From positions 768,001 to 832,000 of the forward strand of contig OZ255721.1 of the NCBI GenBank assembly GCA_965277285.1: a stretch of 64,000 nt of DNA. Direction: 5' to 3'. Shown piece after piece: positions 1 through 9,989 of the stretch (positions are counted from its first letter, which is position 1; each line of letters starts with the position of its first letter). The notes beneath the pieces are model-generated. The model worked only from the letters and a program-made list of their open reading frames with translations, was not told where the DNA came from and did not search any database. Made by a program: the position numbers and the translations under genes. The stretch comes from Abditibacteriaceae bacterium (GTDB taxonomy: Bacteria > Armatimonadota > Abditibacteriia > Abditibacteriales > Abditibacteriaceae).

Positions 1-1
1 T

Positions 2-400
2 TTGGCGGCGTCGTTGCTGGCCGCTGCGGTCTTGCCATTGAGCACGGCTTACACTTATTGCGAAGCCTTCGGATGGGAGATCGGCGTCCAGAAAAGCTGG
101 AAAGAAGCGCCCGTCTTCTATGGATTTTTCACCATTACGCTGGGTTTGGCAGCGCTTTTCGTCTTGTTCCCCAAAGTGCCGCTCTTCGCCGTGATGCTGA
201 TTTCGCAGGACGTGAACGGCATTTTGCTGCCAGTCGTTTTAGTTTTCATGCTGAAACTGATCAATACGCGCCGCATCATGGGCGAATATGTCAACGGGCG
301 CGTGCAGAACATCATCGCCTGGACTTCGGTTGTCTCGCTCATTGCGCTGACGATGGTGCTTTTGGTCAGCAGCTTGTGGAGCCTGATTCGTGGTGGCTGA
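2..400 (+). CDS. Nramp-family divalent metal transporter, C-terminal part (5' end outside window)
   Basis: Hydrophobic helices with LPLSTAYTYCEAFGWE, SQDVNGILLP and IMGEYVN, typical of Nramp/MntH-like C-termini. Confidence 0.8.
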   Translation: MAASLLAAAVLPLSTAYTYCEAFGWEIGVQKSWKEAPVFYGFFTITLGLAALFVLFPKVPLFAVMLISQDVNGILLPVVLVFMLKLINTRRIMGEYVNGRVQNIIAWTSVVSLIALTMVLLVSSLWSLIRGG

Positions 401-415
401 AGTTTCAAAAAGAGA

Positions 416-534
416 ACACGGAGCTTCGCTACACAGATTGAACGGATGTTCACGGGCCAGAAATAGAGATTCGAGTACTCGATTTCTAAAAAATCCGTCT
501 TCATCCGTTCAATCTGTGTAGCGAAGCTCCGTGT
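416..534. repeat. Intergenic inverted repeat (33-bp perfect arms) with the 12-bp palindrome in its loop
   Basis: ACACGGAGCTTCGCTACACAGATTGAACGGATG (416-448) and its reverse complement (502-534); degenerate relative at about 3715-3870. Confidence 0.9.
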
Positions 535-554
535 CCTCTTTTCCAGAGGTTGAA

Positions 555-923
555 ATGAAAGAAGATGAAACCGTTATGATGACAGCTCAGGTTTTCGCTT
601 TGGCGCGCCAGATTCCCGATGGTCGAGTACTTTCGTATGGCGCCTTGGGCGCGCGCTGCGAACCGCCAATTTCCGGTTACATTTGCGGCAGAATTATGAA
701 CACCGTCGGCGACGATGTCCCGTGGTGGCGCGTCGTCGCCAAAGACGGCGCTTTGCCAATTGCCAAGCGCAACCCGAATCTGGCGCAAAAACAACGTGAA
801 CTGCTGGAAAGCGAAGGCGTGAAATTTGACGCCGACAATCGAGTACTCGAAAGCTACTTCGACGCCGCTGCTAAACTTCAAAATGATGGGAACGATTCTC
901 TTTTCGAGCGTAAAAATTTGTAA
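555..923 (+). CDS. Alkyltransferase-like (ATL / MGMT family) DNA-binding protein
   Basis: IPDGRVLSYG and VPWWRVV (Trp in place of the catalytic Cys of PCHRV); GAGG before ATG 555. Confidence 0.85.
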   Translation: MKEDETVMMTAQVFALARQIPDGRVLSYGALGARCEPPISGYICGRIMNTVGDDVPWWRVVAKDGALPIAKRNPNLAQKQRELLESEGVKFDADNRVLESYFDAAAKLQNDGNDSLFERKNL

Positions 924-992
924 TTTTGAGTATTCGAGAGGAACAAAATACAATCTGCCCGCGACCAATTAGAAGAGTTCTTCGATGAAAAG

Positions 993-1532
993 ATGATTTT
1001 GCCGGACGCGCGTCGAACTTTGCATTCGCCATCTGGCCGCTACCAAGTCGTGAAGGATGTTTACCAACAAAATACGCCGGACTTGAATTGGCGTATTTGC
1101 AAAGTTGTTGTTATCGAAAGTCTTTCAGGCGCAGAGATTTTGCGATTGAAATGCGAGGATGGCCGTTTTTTTCATCAATGGATTGAAAGCGAGGCCGCTG
1201 ATTATCTTTTGTTCGCAGAAGCCTTGGAAGGTGGTCAAAGTGTTTTTGACTTGCGCAGTCTGAAGTTCGCCAGCTATTACAATTCCAACGAACCATTTAT
1301 CTGGGCACAATTTCATCCCTCGCCCAATTTGCAGAAGCTCGCGGTTATTGGTTGTTATTGGGCTTGTCCGTTCGAGGTTGTGACCTACGATTTTTCAACT
1401 CCGCTTGAACTTCCTTTGCAAGAATTGCATCGCACAATTTTAGAAAACAAAGAAGATTTCGGCGGTTGGACAAGCGACAAACAATTTCAAATGCGCAACG
1501 GTGACGAAATCCGCATTGTTACAGTTGAATAG
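993..1532 (+). CDS. Hypothetical protein
   Basis: 179-aa ORF, more AT-rich than neighbours, no competing long ORF. Confidence 0.7.
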   Translation: MILPDARRTLHSPSGRYQVVKDVYQQNTPDLNWRICKVVVIESLSGAEILRLKCEDGRFFHQWIESEAADYLLFAEALEGGQSVFDLRSLKFASYYNSNEPFIWAQFHPSPNLQKLAVIGCYWACPFEVVTYDFSTPLELPLQELHRTILENKEDFGGWTSDKQFQMRNGDEIRIVTVE

Positions 1533-1563
1533 TCGCTATCGAGTACTCGAATCATAGGCTCAT

Positions 1564-2160
1564 TCATTTGACGAGAACGTGTTGGAAGCTGATAAAATCA
1601 GGGATTTTATTTTCGAGCCAGAATTTTGCTGTTTCAGTTACGAAATTGTATCCCACACCTGACGCACGAAATAAATCAAAGCCCTGCCATGTTTCGGACA
1701 TCAAATAAATCTCGCCACGACAAATACCCTTTGCATCTGTTGTGCGTTCTATTTGCGCTGTCTTTTCAATTATCACTTCCCACAACAGCGGCATCTGCAA
1801 AGCCAATTGTTCGGAATGAGGTTGGTCAAGGACGTAGGCTTCCGGCTCTCCATCAACAGGATAAAGCTCCGGTTCATCCGCGTTTTTGTTCCACTCATGC
1901 CAATAGTTTTCGACGATATGTTGTTTGGTGACTGGACGAAAAGTGAATCCTGTCAATCCCGATCTTTCCAATTTGATGCGGAGGTCATCGTTGACGACAA
2001 TTTCGCCGATGCTTGGAAAGAAAATTGGAGGAACAAAAGGCGCGGTTCGCATTATTCCCAGCAAGCCGCTTTGTTTGTTCCGCTCCGCCATGCCGTGCAT
2101 CAAAATGTAATCGTAATCGCCCCAGAGAGTTTCTGGCGCAATTATTTTGAAGAATGTCAT
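1564..2160 (-). CDS. Hypothetical protein
   Basis: Open frame; ATG 2160 chosen to avoid overlap with the upstream gene; AT-richer. Confidence 0.7.
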   Translation of the reverse strand: MTFFKIIAPETLWGDYDYILMHGMAERNKQSGLLGIMRTAPFVPPIFFPSIGEIVVNDDLRIKLERSGLTGFTFRPVTKQHIVENYWHEWNKNADEPELYPVDGEPEAYVLDQPHSEQLALQMPLLWEVIIEKTAQIERTTDAKGICRGEIYLMSETWQGFDLFRASGVGYNFVTETAKFWLENKIPDFISFQHVLVK

Positions 2161-2191
2161 CGTTTCGTCGTTAGCTTTGAGTGCCAAAACT

Positions 2192-3676
2192 TTATACCAA
2201 CTCCATACGCACATCGGCTTCAAAAGCGCGGTTCCAAGGCAGCGTAATTTCTGAATGACGAATTGGGGCATTAAAGTGGCGCTTGGCCAAAAGCTGCGCG
2301 AAACCTTTGAGTTCGCGGCGCGCCTGCGATTCGACCAAAGCGCCCATTTCGCCCATGTTGTGCGGCGTCAAGCCCTGCTCGCGCGCCGCTCGTTCAATCC
2401 GCGAGCGCACCTGCGCTTGATAAAACCAATCGTCCACCAAACGCTCGAACAGAAAATTGCGGTTGAGTTCTCGATTGGCGAATTCGCCATCCGCGCAACC
2501 GCTGCGTTTCAAAGCCGCGCATTGCGCCAGCAAAGTTCCCGTCGTGTTGCCCGCAGTATTCCAGCCCGCATACGCCGCGAGTTGACCCAAGGCTTCGCGC
2601 TCTTCCAATTGCGCCATCAAGACGTTATCGGCGCCGTTGGGAAATGCGACATCGCACAGCGCGACGTTTTTTCCCGCGTTCGAGTACTCGATCAACGTTT
2701 CCACGAACGACTGCAAGCGCAAGGAACGAGCATTGCGCGCGTCTTCGCTTTCGTCTTTTTGCGAGCCGCCGACTGGAGCGTTCACGAACAATTCAAAATC
2801 GGCGCTATCGTCTTCCACAATCTGACCGCGCATCGCCGCGATATGTTGCGCCAACGCTCCATCGTAAGGCCGATCTTCAAAGGGCGCGATACGTTTCATG
2901 TCCGAAGCATCCGAAGGGTGAATGCGAAAGCGCACGTTCGTGTTCCAACTACGCGCCAGCAAAGTCAGCGCGGCTTCATCGGCGCCCGGATGCAAGGACA
3001 TTTTGTCGGCCAGACCGAACTCTTGCACGCGCGCCAGCAAACGCTCTTGTTCCTGGCGATGCAGGCCGAATTCGCTGGCGTCTTCCTGCGTCAGTAGCAA
3101 ATAGTCGAACACTTCTTCGGCCAGCCAATCGATCATTTTGCTATTGACTTCGTGATTGCGCGCGCGCGCCTGCAAATACTCTTCGAGTACTCGTTCGGGG
3201 ATTTGCGACTTCACTTTGTCGCGCTCTTCGCGCAGATAATCCGAATTAAAACGTTCGGCTTCGTCGCACAAACGCGCGTAACGCATCACGTTGTAATAGT
3301 TGGCGACCGCTTCGTCGCCGTCCATCGTGACCGCCAAACGCATCAAAATATTGAAAGCGTAAATCGGCACATCGGGACGCTGACGACGAAAATCGCGCAG
3401 CACTTCCAGGCGTTCCAGCGCTTCTTCAACGCTGACGGACGGCTTGCGCGAGGCGACCAAACCGCCATACGCCAGCATATCAATCGAGACGATAACAGCG
3501 GAAACTTCGGGCAAGCGTTCGAGCCAGCGACCAAGCGCAGTCGGTCGTCCCGGCAAGTTGAAACGTCCCAAGAGTTCAGTCGGTGGAACCGCGATTTGGT
3601 CGTTGCCAATCGCTGCGATTTGCTGAGGAAAACGAAAATTGCAAGGCCGGTCGTCGAGAGGAATCAGTGCGAACAT
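2192..3676 (-). CDS. DUF4127 family protein
   Basis: N-terminal IPLDDRPCN, SIDMLAYGGLVASR, HPGADE, YAGWNTAGNTTG. Confidence 0.85.
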   Translation of the reverse strand: MFALIPLDDRPCNFRFPQQIAAIGNDQIAVPPTELLGRFNLPGRPTALGRWLERLPEVSAVIVSIDMLAYGGLVASRKPSVSVEEALERLEVLRDFRRQRPDVPIYAFNILMRLAVTMDGDEAVANYYNVMRYARLCDEAERFNSDYLREERDKVKSQIPERVLEEYLQARARNHEVNSKMIDWLAEEVFDYLLLTQEDASEFGLHRQEQERLLARVQEFGLADKMSLHPGADEAALTLLARSWNTNVRFRIHPSDASDMKRIAPFEDRPYDGALAQHIAAMRGQIVEDDSADFELFVNAPVGGSQKDESEDARNARSLRLQSFVETLIEYSNAGKNVALCDVAFPNGADNVLMAQLEEREALGQLAAYAGWNTAGNTTGTLLAQCAALKRSGCADGEFANRELNRNFLFERLVDDWFYQAQVRSRIERAAREQGLTPHNMGEMGALVESQARRELKGFAQLLAKRHFNAPIRHSEITLPWNRAFEADVRMELV

Positions 3677-3784
3677 GAAATTTTAAGTTTAAAAAGTGTC
3701 TGAAAGTCGAGGGTAAAAAGGGAACACGGAACTTCGTTGCACGGATTGAACGGATTAGAAAGCTCGAGTACTCAATTGCTCAGC

Positions 3785-3812
3785 GTAGGGGCGCCGCATG
3801 CAGCGCCCCTAC
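3785..3812. repeat. GTAG-type REP hairpin
   Basis: GTAGGGGCG-ccgcatgcag-CGCCCCTAC, nested in a larger degenerate inverted repeat at 3715-3870. Confidence 0.75.
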
Positions 3813-3877
3813 ATCGCAAAAATCCGTGCTAACTCGTTCAACCTGTGCATGGAATCCGTGTACCCTTTTTGCCTTTA

Positions 3878-4417
3878 TTAAGGATTGCCAGTATTTTTTT
3901 TGCGCGGCACTTTCAAGTGCAAATCGGTCAATAAATCGCGGGCGAGCGCGTGACCTGGATTGATTTTTAGTTCGGCTTTGAGCGCTTCCGCCGCCTTATC
4001 ATATTCTTCCTGACGCATCAGGGCGACCGCTAAATTATAATGCGCATCTTTCCAGTTCGGGCGCTGTCGAACGAGGCTTTCCAGCGTTTGAACGCTGCCA
4101 TCCAAATCGCCGATCTTGTCTTGCGCAGCCGCGAGATTCAATAACGCCATCGTGTTCTGCGGATCGAAGGCGAGTACATATTTGAAATGTCCAATTGCTT
4201 CCGACGCTTCGCCTGCCATATAAAGCGCGGCACCCAGATTCAATCGTCCTTCCAGGCGCGACGGCTCCAACTTCATCGCCTGGCGCATAGTTTCGATAGC
4301 GCGCGCTGTCTGGCGTTTTTCCAGGAGTTTGCTGCCCTGCGCCCACAAGCGCGACGCTTCGCCAGCCCGTGATTTCTCGCCGCCGTCTTCGCCACCGCGC
4401 TTGAGAAAAGAAAACAT
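3878..4417 (-). CDS. Tetratricopeptide repeat protein
   Basis: Repeated TPR patterns (RLNLGAALY, ALLNLAAAQ, AHYNLAVAL). Confidence 0.88.
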   Translation of the reverse strand: MFSFLKRGGEDGGEKSRAGEASRLWAQGSKLLEKRQTARAIETMRQAMKLEPSRLEGRLNLGAALYMAGEASEAIGHFKYVLAFDPQNTMALLNLAAAQDKIGDLDGSVQTLESLVRQRPNWKDAHYNLAVALMRQEEYDKAAEALKAELKINPGHALARDLLTDLHLKVPRKKNTGNP

Positions 4418-4425
4418 GGAAGTTA

Positions 4426-4524
4426 AACCACCAAGGCACCAAGAATACTAAGGAAAAGAGAATTATGTACCCGACAACCCGATTCTTTTTGAAGCCTCTT
4501 GGTGTTCTTGGTGCCTTGGTGGTT
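4426..4524. repeat. CACCAAG-based inverted repeat
   Basis: AACCACCAAGGCACCAAGAA ... TTCTTGGTGCCTTGGTGGTT; second member at 18117-18214. Confidence 0.8.
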
Positions 4525-4532
4525 ATCAAATT

Positions 4533-4901
4533 CTAATATTCTTCATCGGGTTCGCTTTCATCTTCCTCGACATCGGGTTCGCCATCGGAAAACGATTCGA
4601 GTTCCGTGCCGCGAAAAACGGTTACCAGAAAATCTTCGCGCGCAAATTGCGGCAAATGCGAGGAGACAATGTCCTGATCCAGTTGATCGACCAAATCGGC
4701 TTGCTGATCGGTCGTCAGGTCTTTTTCCAAAATCAAGGTCGCGTGAATGAGATCAAGCCCCAGATGAATATCGACTTGCCCCAGGCGCGTGTCGTCCTGC
4801 CAGATAATGTAAACCTCGGACGTGTCGGTGCGCACGACACGTACCAGTTTGGCGCCCAAACCTGTGCCGCGACCGCGTGGTTTCTTTTCTTCTTTTGCCA
4901 T
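4533..4901 (-). CDS. Hypothetical protein
   Basis: 122-aa ORF with acidic C-terminus; AAGG upstream of ATG. Confidence 0.7.
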   Translation of the reverse strand: MAKEEKKPRGRGTGLGAKLVRVVRTDTSEVYIIWQDDTRLGQVDIHLGLDLIHATLILEKDLTTDQQADLVDQLDQDIVSSHLPQFAREDFLVTVFRGTELESFSDGEPDVEEDESEPDEEY

Positions 4902-5056
4902 AATTTGCCTTTGCGAATTGCGCCTGTCTTGCCGCGACCTTTGTTCGTTTTTCGCCTAATATCATGCGATATTATACCGCGACCAGCGTTTGGCCGTCAG
5001 CGAGCCACAACGCGCAATCGAGTACTCGATAAGCCAATTCGCGCTAAAATAACGCC

Positions 5057-6751
5057 GTGTTTCCCACTGATTTTCTTCCTCTCGAACGCCGCCGCTTGCT
5101 CATCATCACGGCCTTGTTGCTTTTCGTTCTAATCGCGCCTTACCTTTGGGCGTGGATGTTGACGCCTGGCGATGGCGTTTATTCCGGCTTCTTGTACAAT
5201 CCCGACGACCAGAACGTGCATCTTTCGTGGGCGCGCCAGGCGCACGATGGTGCTTTCTTCTTCCGCGACTTATTTACGACAGAATCGTTGAGCAACGGCG
5301 AAAGACCTTTGTTCACTAACTTGCTTTGCTGGGCGATTGGCGTTCTATCGCGCGTGACGTATTTGCCGCTTATCGTCGTTTATCACGCGTTTCGCGTCGT
5401 CTTCGCGGCTCTGGCGTTGTGGTGGTTCGCCGCTTTGTGCGCGCACTTAACGACTGACAAACGCGTGCGCTTGACGGCTGTCGCGTTGGCGGCATTTGGC
5501 GGCGGCGCCGGTTTTCTGATGCCGCTTTTGGGCAACCACGTTTTCATTGATCGCGCCGATACCAGCGGCGGTTTTCCGATGATGCCGGAAGCCTTTACTT
5601 TCGCGTCGGCCTTCATATTCCCATTGTTCATTACGTCAGTCGCCCTGCTCGTTCTGGTTCATTTGCAAATGTTGCGCGCACAACAAACGGGCAAGCTGAA
5701 GTTTGCCGTTTACGCCGCAATTGCCGCGTTTGTGCTGACCAACATTCACACATATGACGCGTTGCCGCTCGATGTCGTGATGCTGTTGTGGGCGCTTTCG
5801 AGTACTCGAAATCCCGACAATGCAGCGAACATTCAAGCGACGCGCGCACGGGTTTTAGCGCCGCTGCTTGTCATTGCGGGAACGTTGCCGATGTTGGTTT
5901 ATCAGCGTTTCGTACTGGGCAACAGCGAAGAGTTTCGCGTCAAAGCCTTGTCGCCCAAACCCGCGCCGCCGTTTTTGGATTTGTGTTTATCGCTTTCGCC
6001 GCTGTTGATTTTGTCATTGGTCGCCGTCTGGTTTTTGTTTCATCGCTGCGAAGTTGTAAACGATGAAACGCGCGGGGTTTCGCACGAAATGGAGTCATCA
6101 AAAGCGCGCATCATGGTGATTTGGGCGTTCGTCACATTGGCGATGGTTTACACGCCGACAAGCCTCATTTCATTCGCGCGCAAAATGATCGAAGGCGTCC
6201 ATTTGCCGCTTTGTTTTCTGACCGCTGTGGGTTTAATCAGCTTGCTCGACCAATTTCGCGTGCCGCAAAAAGCGAATCGAGTACTCGTTGGCGCTTTTGT
6301 CGCGCTGATGAGCGTTTCCAGTTTGATGTTTGTGTCGTGGTGTTTGGACAACGCGCGCGATAACAACGCCAGTCGCGCCGCCTTTTTGATGCCACCGCTT
6401 TATCTCCCAACCGAAGCAAACCATGCGATGCAATTTCTAAATAGTTTGCCGGATTCGCGCGACCGCGCCGTTTTGTGCTGGCCTTTGTGGGGCAATTATC
6501 TTCCGCAGAAAACAGGTTTTCCGGTTTACACCGGCCACTTCGATGAGACGCTAAATTTCAAACCCAAAAACGGCGCGGCGCTGGCGTTTTTCACAGGCCG
6601 CATGAACGTGACGCAATCGCTCGATTGGCTGCATCAAAACCATATTGGCTACGTTCTCATCGGTCCCAACGAGCAAGCAATTGGCGCCAAAAATCTCGAT
6701 TTTCTCGTTCTCTGGCACGGCGGCAACACAACGATTTATCGCGTGCCATAA
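5057..6751 (+). CDS. Polytopic membrane protein, putative GT-C-fold glycosyltransferase
   Basis: Many TM segments; acidic pair NPDD in the first loop; soluble C-terminal domain. Confidence 0.7.
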   Translation: MFPTDFLPLERRRLLIITALLLFVLIAPYLWAWMLTPGDGVYSGFLYNPDDQNVHLSWARQAHDGAFFFRDLFTTESLSNGERPLFTNLLCWAIGVLSRVTYLPLIVVYHAFRVVFAALALWWFAALCAHLTTDKRVRLTAVALAAFGGGAGFLMPLLGNHVFIDRADTSGGFPMMPEAFTFASAFIFPLFITSVALLVLVHLQMLRAQQTGKLKFAVYAAIAAFVLTNIHTYDALPLDVVMLLWALSSTRNPDNAANIQATRARVLAPLLVIAGTLPMLVYQRFVLGNSEEFRVKALSPKPAPPFLDLCLSLSPLLILSLVAVWFLFHRCEVVNDETRGVSHEMESSKARIMVIWAFVTLAMVYTPTSLISFARKMIEGVHLPLCFLTAVGLISLLDQFRVPQKANRVLVGAFVALMSVSSLMFVSWCLDNARDNNASRAAFLMPPLYLPTEANHAMQFLNSLPDSRDRAVLCWPLWGNYLPQKTGFPVYTGHFDETLNFKPKNGAALAFFTGRMNVTQSLDWLHQNHIGYVLIGPNEQAIGAKNLDFLVLWHGGNTTIYRVP

Positions 6752-6770
6752 GCCAAAGCGAGTACTCGAT

Positions 6771-7237
6771 TTAGCCCGAAGCGTATTGCGGGAATTGCGG
6801 GAATTCGTTTTTCATCCAATGTTGCCTGAGTTTGTGTGCTATCGCAGAGGCGCGACAGTTTCGCAAATCGTTCGGCATCGAATACATGATTTCTACTTCG
6901 CCATTTGACTTCGTAATGCGAACGCGCCCGAAATTAGTTTGATGTATACGAAGATGCCTTTCTGTTTCTTTAACTCGAACATACAGATTGCAACAAAAAA
7001 GATAATCAGCACCAACTTCATCTTCTGCGATCTTCACAATGTCTATCAATTGATAGTCGAGATGTTTTTCCATAAGAAGCCAATGTAACACTCGCCAAAA
7101 TTTGCTGCTTGGTAGCGTTCAAAAAATTCAAAAAGTTTCTCGTTAAAAGCTGTTTTCGCGCGCTCATCGTGATAATCTAAGCCGACGTGTGATGTAAATT
7201 GTCCTAGCCGAAGCCCGTTGAAACTTAACCCGTTCAT
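6771..7237 (-). pseudogene. AT-rich hypothetical gene, possibly frameshifted (ORFs 7046-7258 and 6771-7091 overlap)
   Basis: Two overlapping minus-strand ORFs in different frames fill one low-GC gap. Confidence 0.35.
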
Positions 7238-7294
7238 GGCGCGCCTTCGGTGCCCCAATCTCCCAACAACCTCTTTTCATAAGGAGCCGAGCCG

Positions 7295-9169
7295 ATGGTT
7301 TCTCTGCCCGCGCAACTTCGCGCGCCCCGCCGTTTTTTCCGTTTTTATAAAAGTTCCGAGCGCGATCCCAAAGACACCGGATTTCGCAATTTGTGGCGCT
7401 TCATGGCGTACATGAAGCCTTACCGTTTCTATGTATGGGTCGCCTTCGTGACGGGCTTGATTCGGATGGTCTTGCCGCTTTATATGCCGCGTTTTCTCAA
7501 GGATGTGATCGATCACGTCCTGATTCCCAAAACGCCTTTGTCCGTTCCTGACCGCCTGAATTTGCTGTGGCATATGCTGCCCGTTATCGGCGTGTTGATG
7601 GTCGTTCATGTCGGTGTCACGCTGGCGCGCATTTACTGGGGCAACATGATCGCGGCCAATGTCGTGCGCGATGTACGCTACATTTTGTTCGATCATGTGC
7701 AGCGTTTATCGCTCGAATTTCATATGCAGCGACCGACTGGCTCGATTGTGTCGCGCTTGATGACCGACGTCACGAACGCGCAAAACTCCTTCGATTTGCT
7801 GTTCATTCAGGGTTCGCAGAACCTTTTACAAACCCTCGCCATCACGGTTTATTTGTTTTACCAGGATTGGCGCTGGGCCTTGATTGCGTTCTCCACCGTG
7901 CCGATTTTCACGATTACAACGCGCATTTTGCGCAACCGTTTTCGGGAATCGAGCCGTCAGGTGATGGAAACCAACTCGCGCATTTCCGGCCACTTGCAAG
8001 AGCGCATTTCGATGATCCGCGAAGTGCAAAGTTTCACAGCCGAAGATTACGAACGTCGTCGCGTGCGAGGCCAGACCAACGTCTTGCGCGGCTACACATT
8101 GCGCCAGTTTTTCATGCTGGCGATCACAATCTCGGCTTCAGACATCACGCGCTATCTGGGCTTGGTCATCATCGTGGTTTTCGGCGTTTATCGAGTACTC
8201 TACGGCCACGCTTCGCCCGGCGATGTAAGCGCGTTTTACATCTACATCGGAATGCTTTTGCAGCCGATTGATTTTCTGGCCAACCTTTACACCAACTTGC
8301 TGCAAAGCTCGATTGCCGCCGACCGCGTTTTCGAGTTCCTCGATACGCGCTCGCCGATTCAGGACGCGCCGAACGCCGAGGCTTTGCCCGTAGTGCGCCC
8401 AGCCAGCGTTCGTTTTCAAAACGTCGTTTTCGGTTATCCCGACGACCCAAAAACGCTAATTTTAAAGGACATTTCGTTTGAAGCCAAAGACGGCGCGCGC
8501 GTTGTGCTGGTCGGCGGCAGCGGTTCGGGAAAGTCATCCACCATGAACTTGCTGCTGCGCTTTTACGACGTGACGAGCGGCGCCATCGTCGTCAATGGAA
8601 AGGATGTGCGCGAAGTGACGACCAATTCGCTGCGCCAGGCGATTGGCATTGTGCCGCAGCAGCCAATTTTGTTTCGTGGCACCATCCGCGACAACATCAT
8701 GTATGGACAGCGCGGCGCGGGCGAGGAAGAAATGCGCGAAGCCGCGCGCTCGGCCAATGCGGAAAAGTTCATCCTCGAAATGCCCGATGGCTACGATACG
8801 CGCATCGGCGAACGTGGCGCCCGTCTCAGCGGCGGACAAGCGCAACGCATCGCCATCGCGCGCGCCTTTTTGAAAAATCCGTCCATTCTCATCATGGACG
8901 AAGCGACTTCCAATTTGGATGCGACCAGCGAAGGTTTGGTGCTCGAAGCCTTGGATAGATTGGCCGAAGGTCGCACAACCTTCATCATCGCGCACCGTTT
9001 GAGCGTGGCGCGCACCGCGAATCTTATTCTGGTCTTGAACAAAGGCGAAATCGTCGAGCGCGGAACGCATCAGGAACTGCTGGCCAAAGACGGCGCCTAC
9101 ACCGAGTTATGGAATCAGCAAATGGTCGGCACTGTGCGCGAAAGCGCCGCCCTGACAGCAACAGCGTAG
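7295..9169 (+). CDS. ABC transporter, fused permease and ATP-binding domains (MsbA-like exporter)
   Basis: TM domain, Walker A GGSGSGKS, signature LSGGQ, Walker B ILIMDEATS; AAGGAG RBS. Confidence 0.95.
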   Translation: MVSLPAQLRAPRRFFRFYKSSERDPKDTGFRNLWRFMAYMKPYRFYVWVAFVTGLIRMVLPLYMPRFLKDVIDHVLIPKTPLSVPDRLNLLWHMLPVIGVLMVVHVGVTLARIYWGNMIAANVVRDVRYILFDHVQRLSLEFHMQRPTGSIVSRLMTDVTNAQNSFDLLFIQGSQNLLQTLAITVYLFYQDWRWALIAFSTVPIFTITTRILRNRFRESSRQVMETNSRISGHLQERISMIREVQSFTAEDYERRRVRGQTNVLRGYTLRQFFMLAITISASDITRYLGLVIIVVFGVYRVLYGHASPGDVSAFYIYIGMLLQPIDFLANLYTNLLQSSIAADRVFEFLDTRSPIQDAPNAEALPVVRPASVRFQNVVFGYPDDPKTLILKDISFEAKDGARVVLVGGSGSGKSSTMNLLLRFYDVTSGAIVVNGKDVREVTTNSLRQAIGIVPQQPILFRGTIRDNIMYGQRGAGEEEMREAARSANAEKFILEMPDGYDTRIGERGARLSGGQAQRIAIARAFLKNPSILIMDEATSNLDATSEGLVLEALDRLAEGRTTFIIAHRLSVARTANLILVLNKGEIVERGTHQELLAKDGAYTELWNQQMVGTVRESAALTATA

Positions 9170-9257
9170 AGAATCGAGTACTCGATTACCCAGCTTGCGC
9201 ATAAAACATCGACAAGTGGAACGAAGCTTTATGAACAAGCTCAAACGGTGAAATGCG

Positions 9258-9770
9258 ATGAAGAAAAAAGATTTTCTGCTGATTCTTCCGGTTCTGTTTT
9301 TAGTCGTGTTGGCGATTGTTCTGCCGCGTCTCACTGCAAAGCCGAAGAGTTCGCTGGTCATCGAGAAAGTAACCGTTTTGCCCTACAAGGATCCGCCGTT
9401 GCCGCGTGCCAAAGGCGCCGACTACAGTTACTTGAAATACTGCGACGACACGAAAGTGACTGTCACTGGTCACTACCAGTTTTCGTGGATGGACAGTCAC
9501 ATCAACAAAAAGCGCGGCACCTGCCAGATGTCGGATGTTCATCTTGTTGATGCCAAAGGCCGCAAATACTATATGCTCAAAGCCAGCGATACCGGCAGCA
9601 CGCACAGCATCGGCGGCAGTATTACCACCGAAGGCCATTGGTTCCAAGTCGATTACAGCGGCATCAACCTCTGGCAATTCCCGCGTTCTGCAGGCGCGAT
9701 TTCTCTTCAATCAAACTACGTTGATCAAGATGGTTCTGTCATGCCTTTCTCAATTGTCGTGCGCAAGTAG
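9258..9770 (+). CDS. Hypothetical exported or membrane-anchored protein
   Basis: MKKK followed by a hydrophobic N-terminal segment. Confidence 0.7.
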   Translation: MKKKDFLLILPVLFLVVLAIVLPRLTAKPKSSLVIEKVTVLPYKDPPLPRAKGADYSYLKYCDDTKVTVTGHYQFSWMDSHINKKRGTCQMSDVHLVDAKGRKYYMLKASDTGSTHSIGGSITTEGHWFQVDYSGINLWQFPRSAGAISLQSNYVDQDGSVMPFSIVVRK

Positions 9771-9889
9771 CGGACAATTCAGTTTTAGAAGCTGTCCCGC
9801 AAACTAAATCACGGTTTCAATTATCAGTTTGTCGTTCTGAGAACGTGTAGAGAAAGTCGTAAAAACAGTAGCAAATGCTCGAAAGTGAA

Positions 9890-9961
9890 AGTTTGTCATT
9901 CTGGGCGTAGAGAAGAATCTGGTTATAGTTAGATACTTCTCTGCGCTCAGAATGACAAACT
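9890..9961. repeat. GTCATTCTGAG-type REP/MITE hairpin
   Basis: AGTTTGTCATTCTG..AGAATCT / AGAT..CTCAGAATGACAAACT; family members at 50094-50186 and 60119-60190. Confidence 0.85.
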
Positions 9962-9989
9962 CTTACTCACTGAACTTTTGAAATGGCTT

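Noticed and set aside
2255..3703. Long antisense or alternate-frame ORFs (e.g. 2255-3097, 10032-10862, 35916-36746, 48145-48990, 58845-59741)
   Set aside because: Shadows of well-supported genes in GC-rich DNA; no recognisable motifs.
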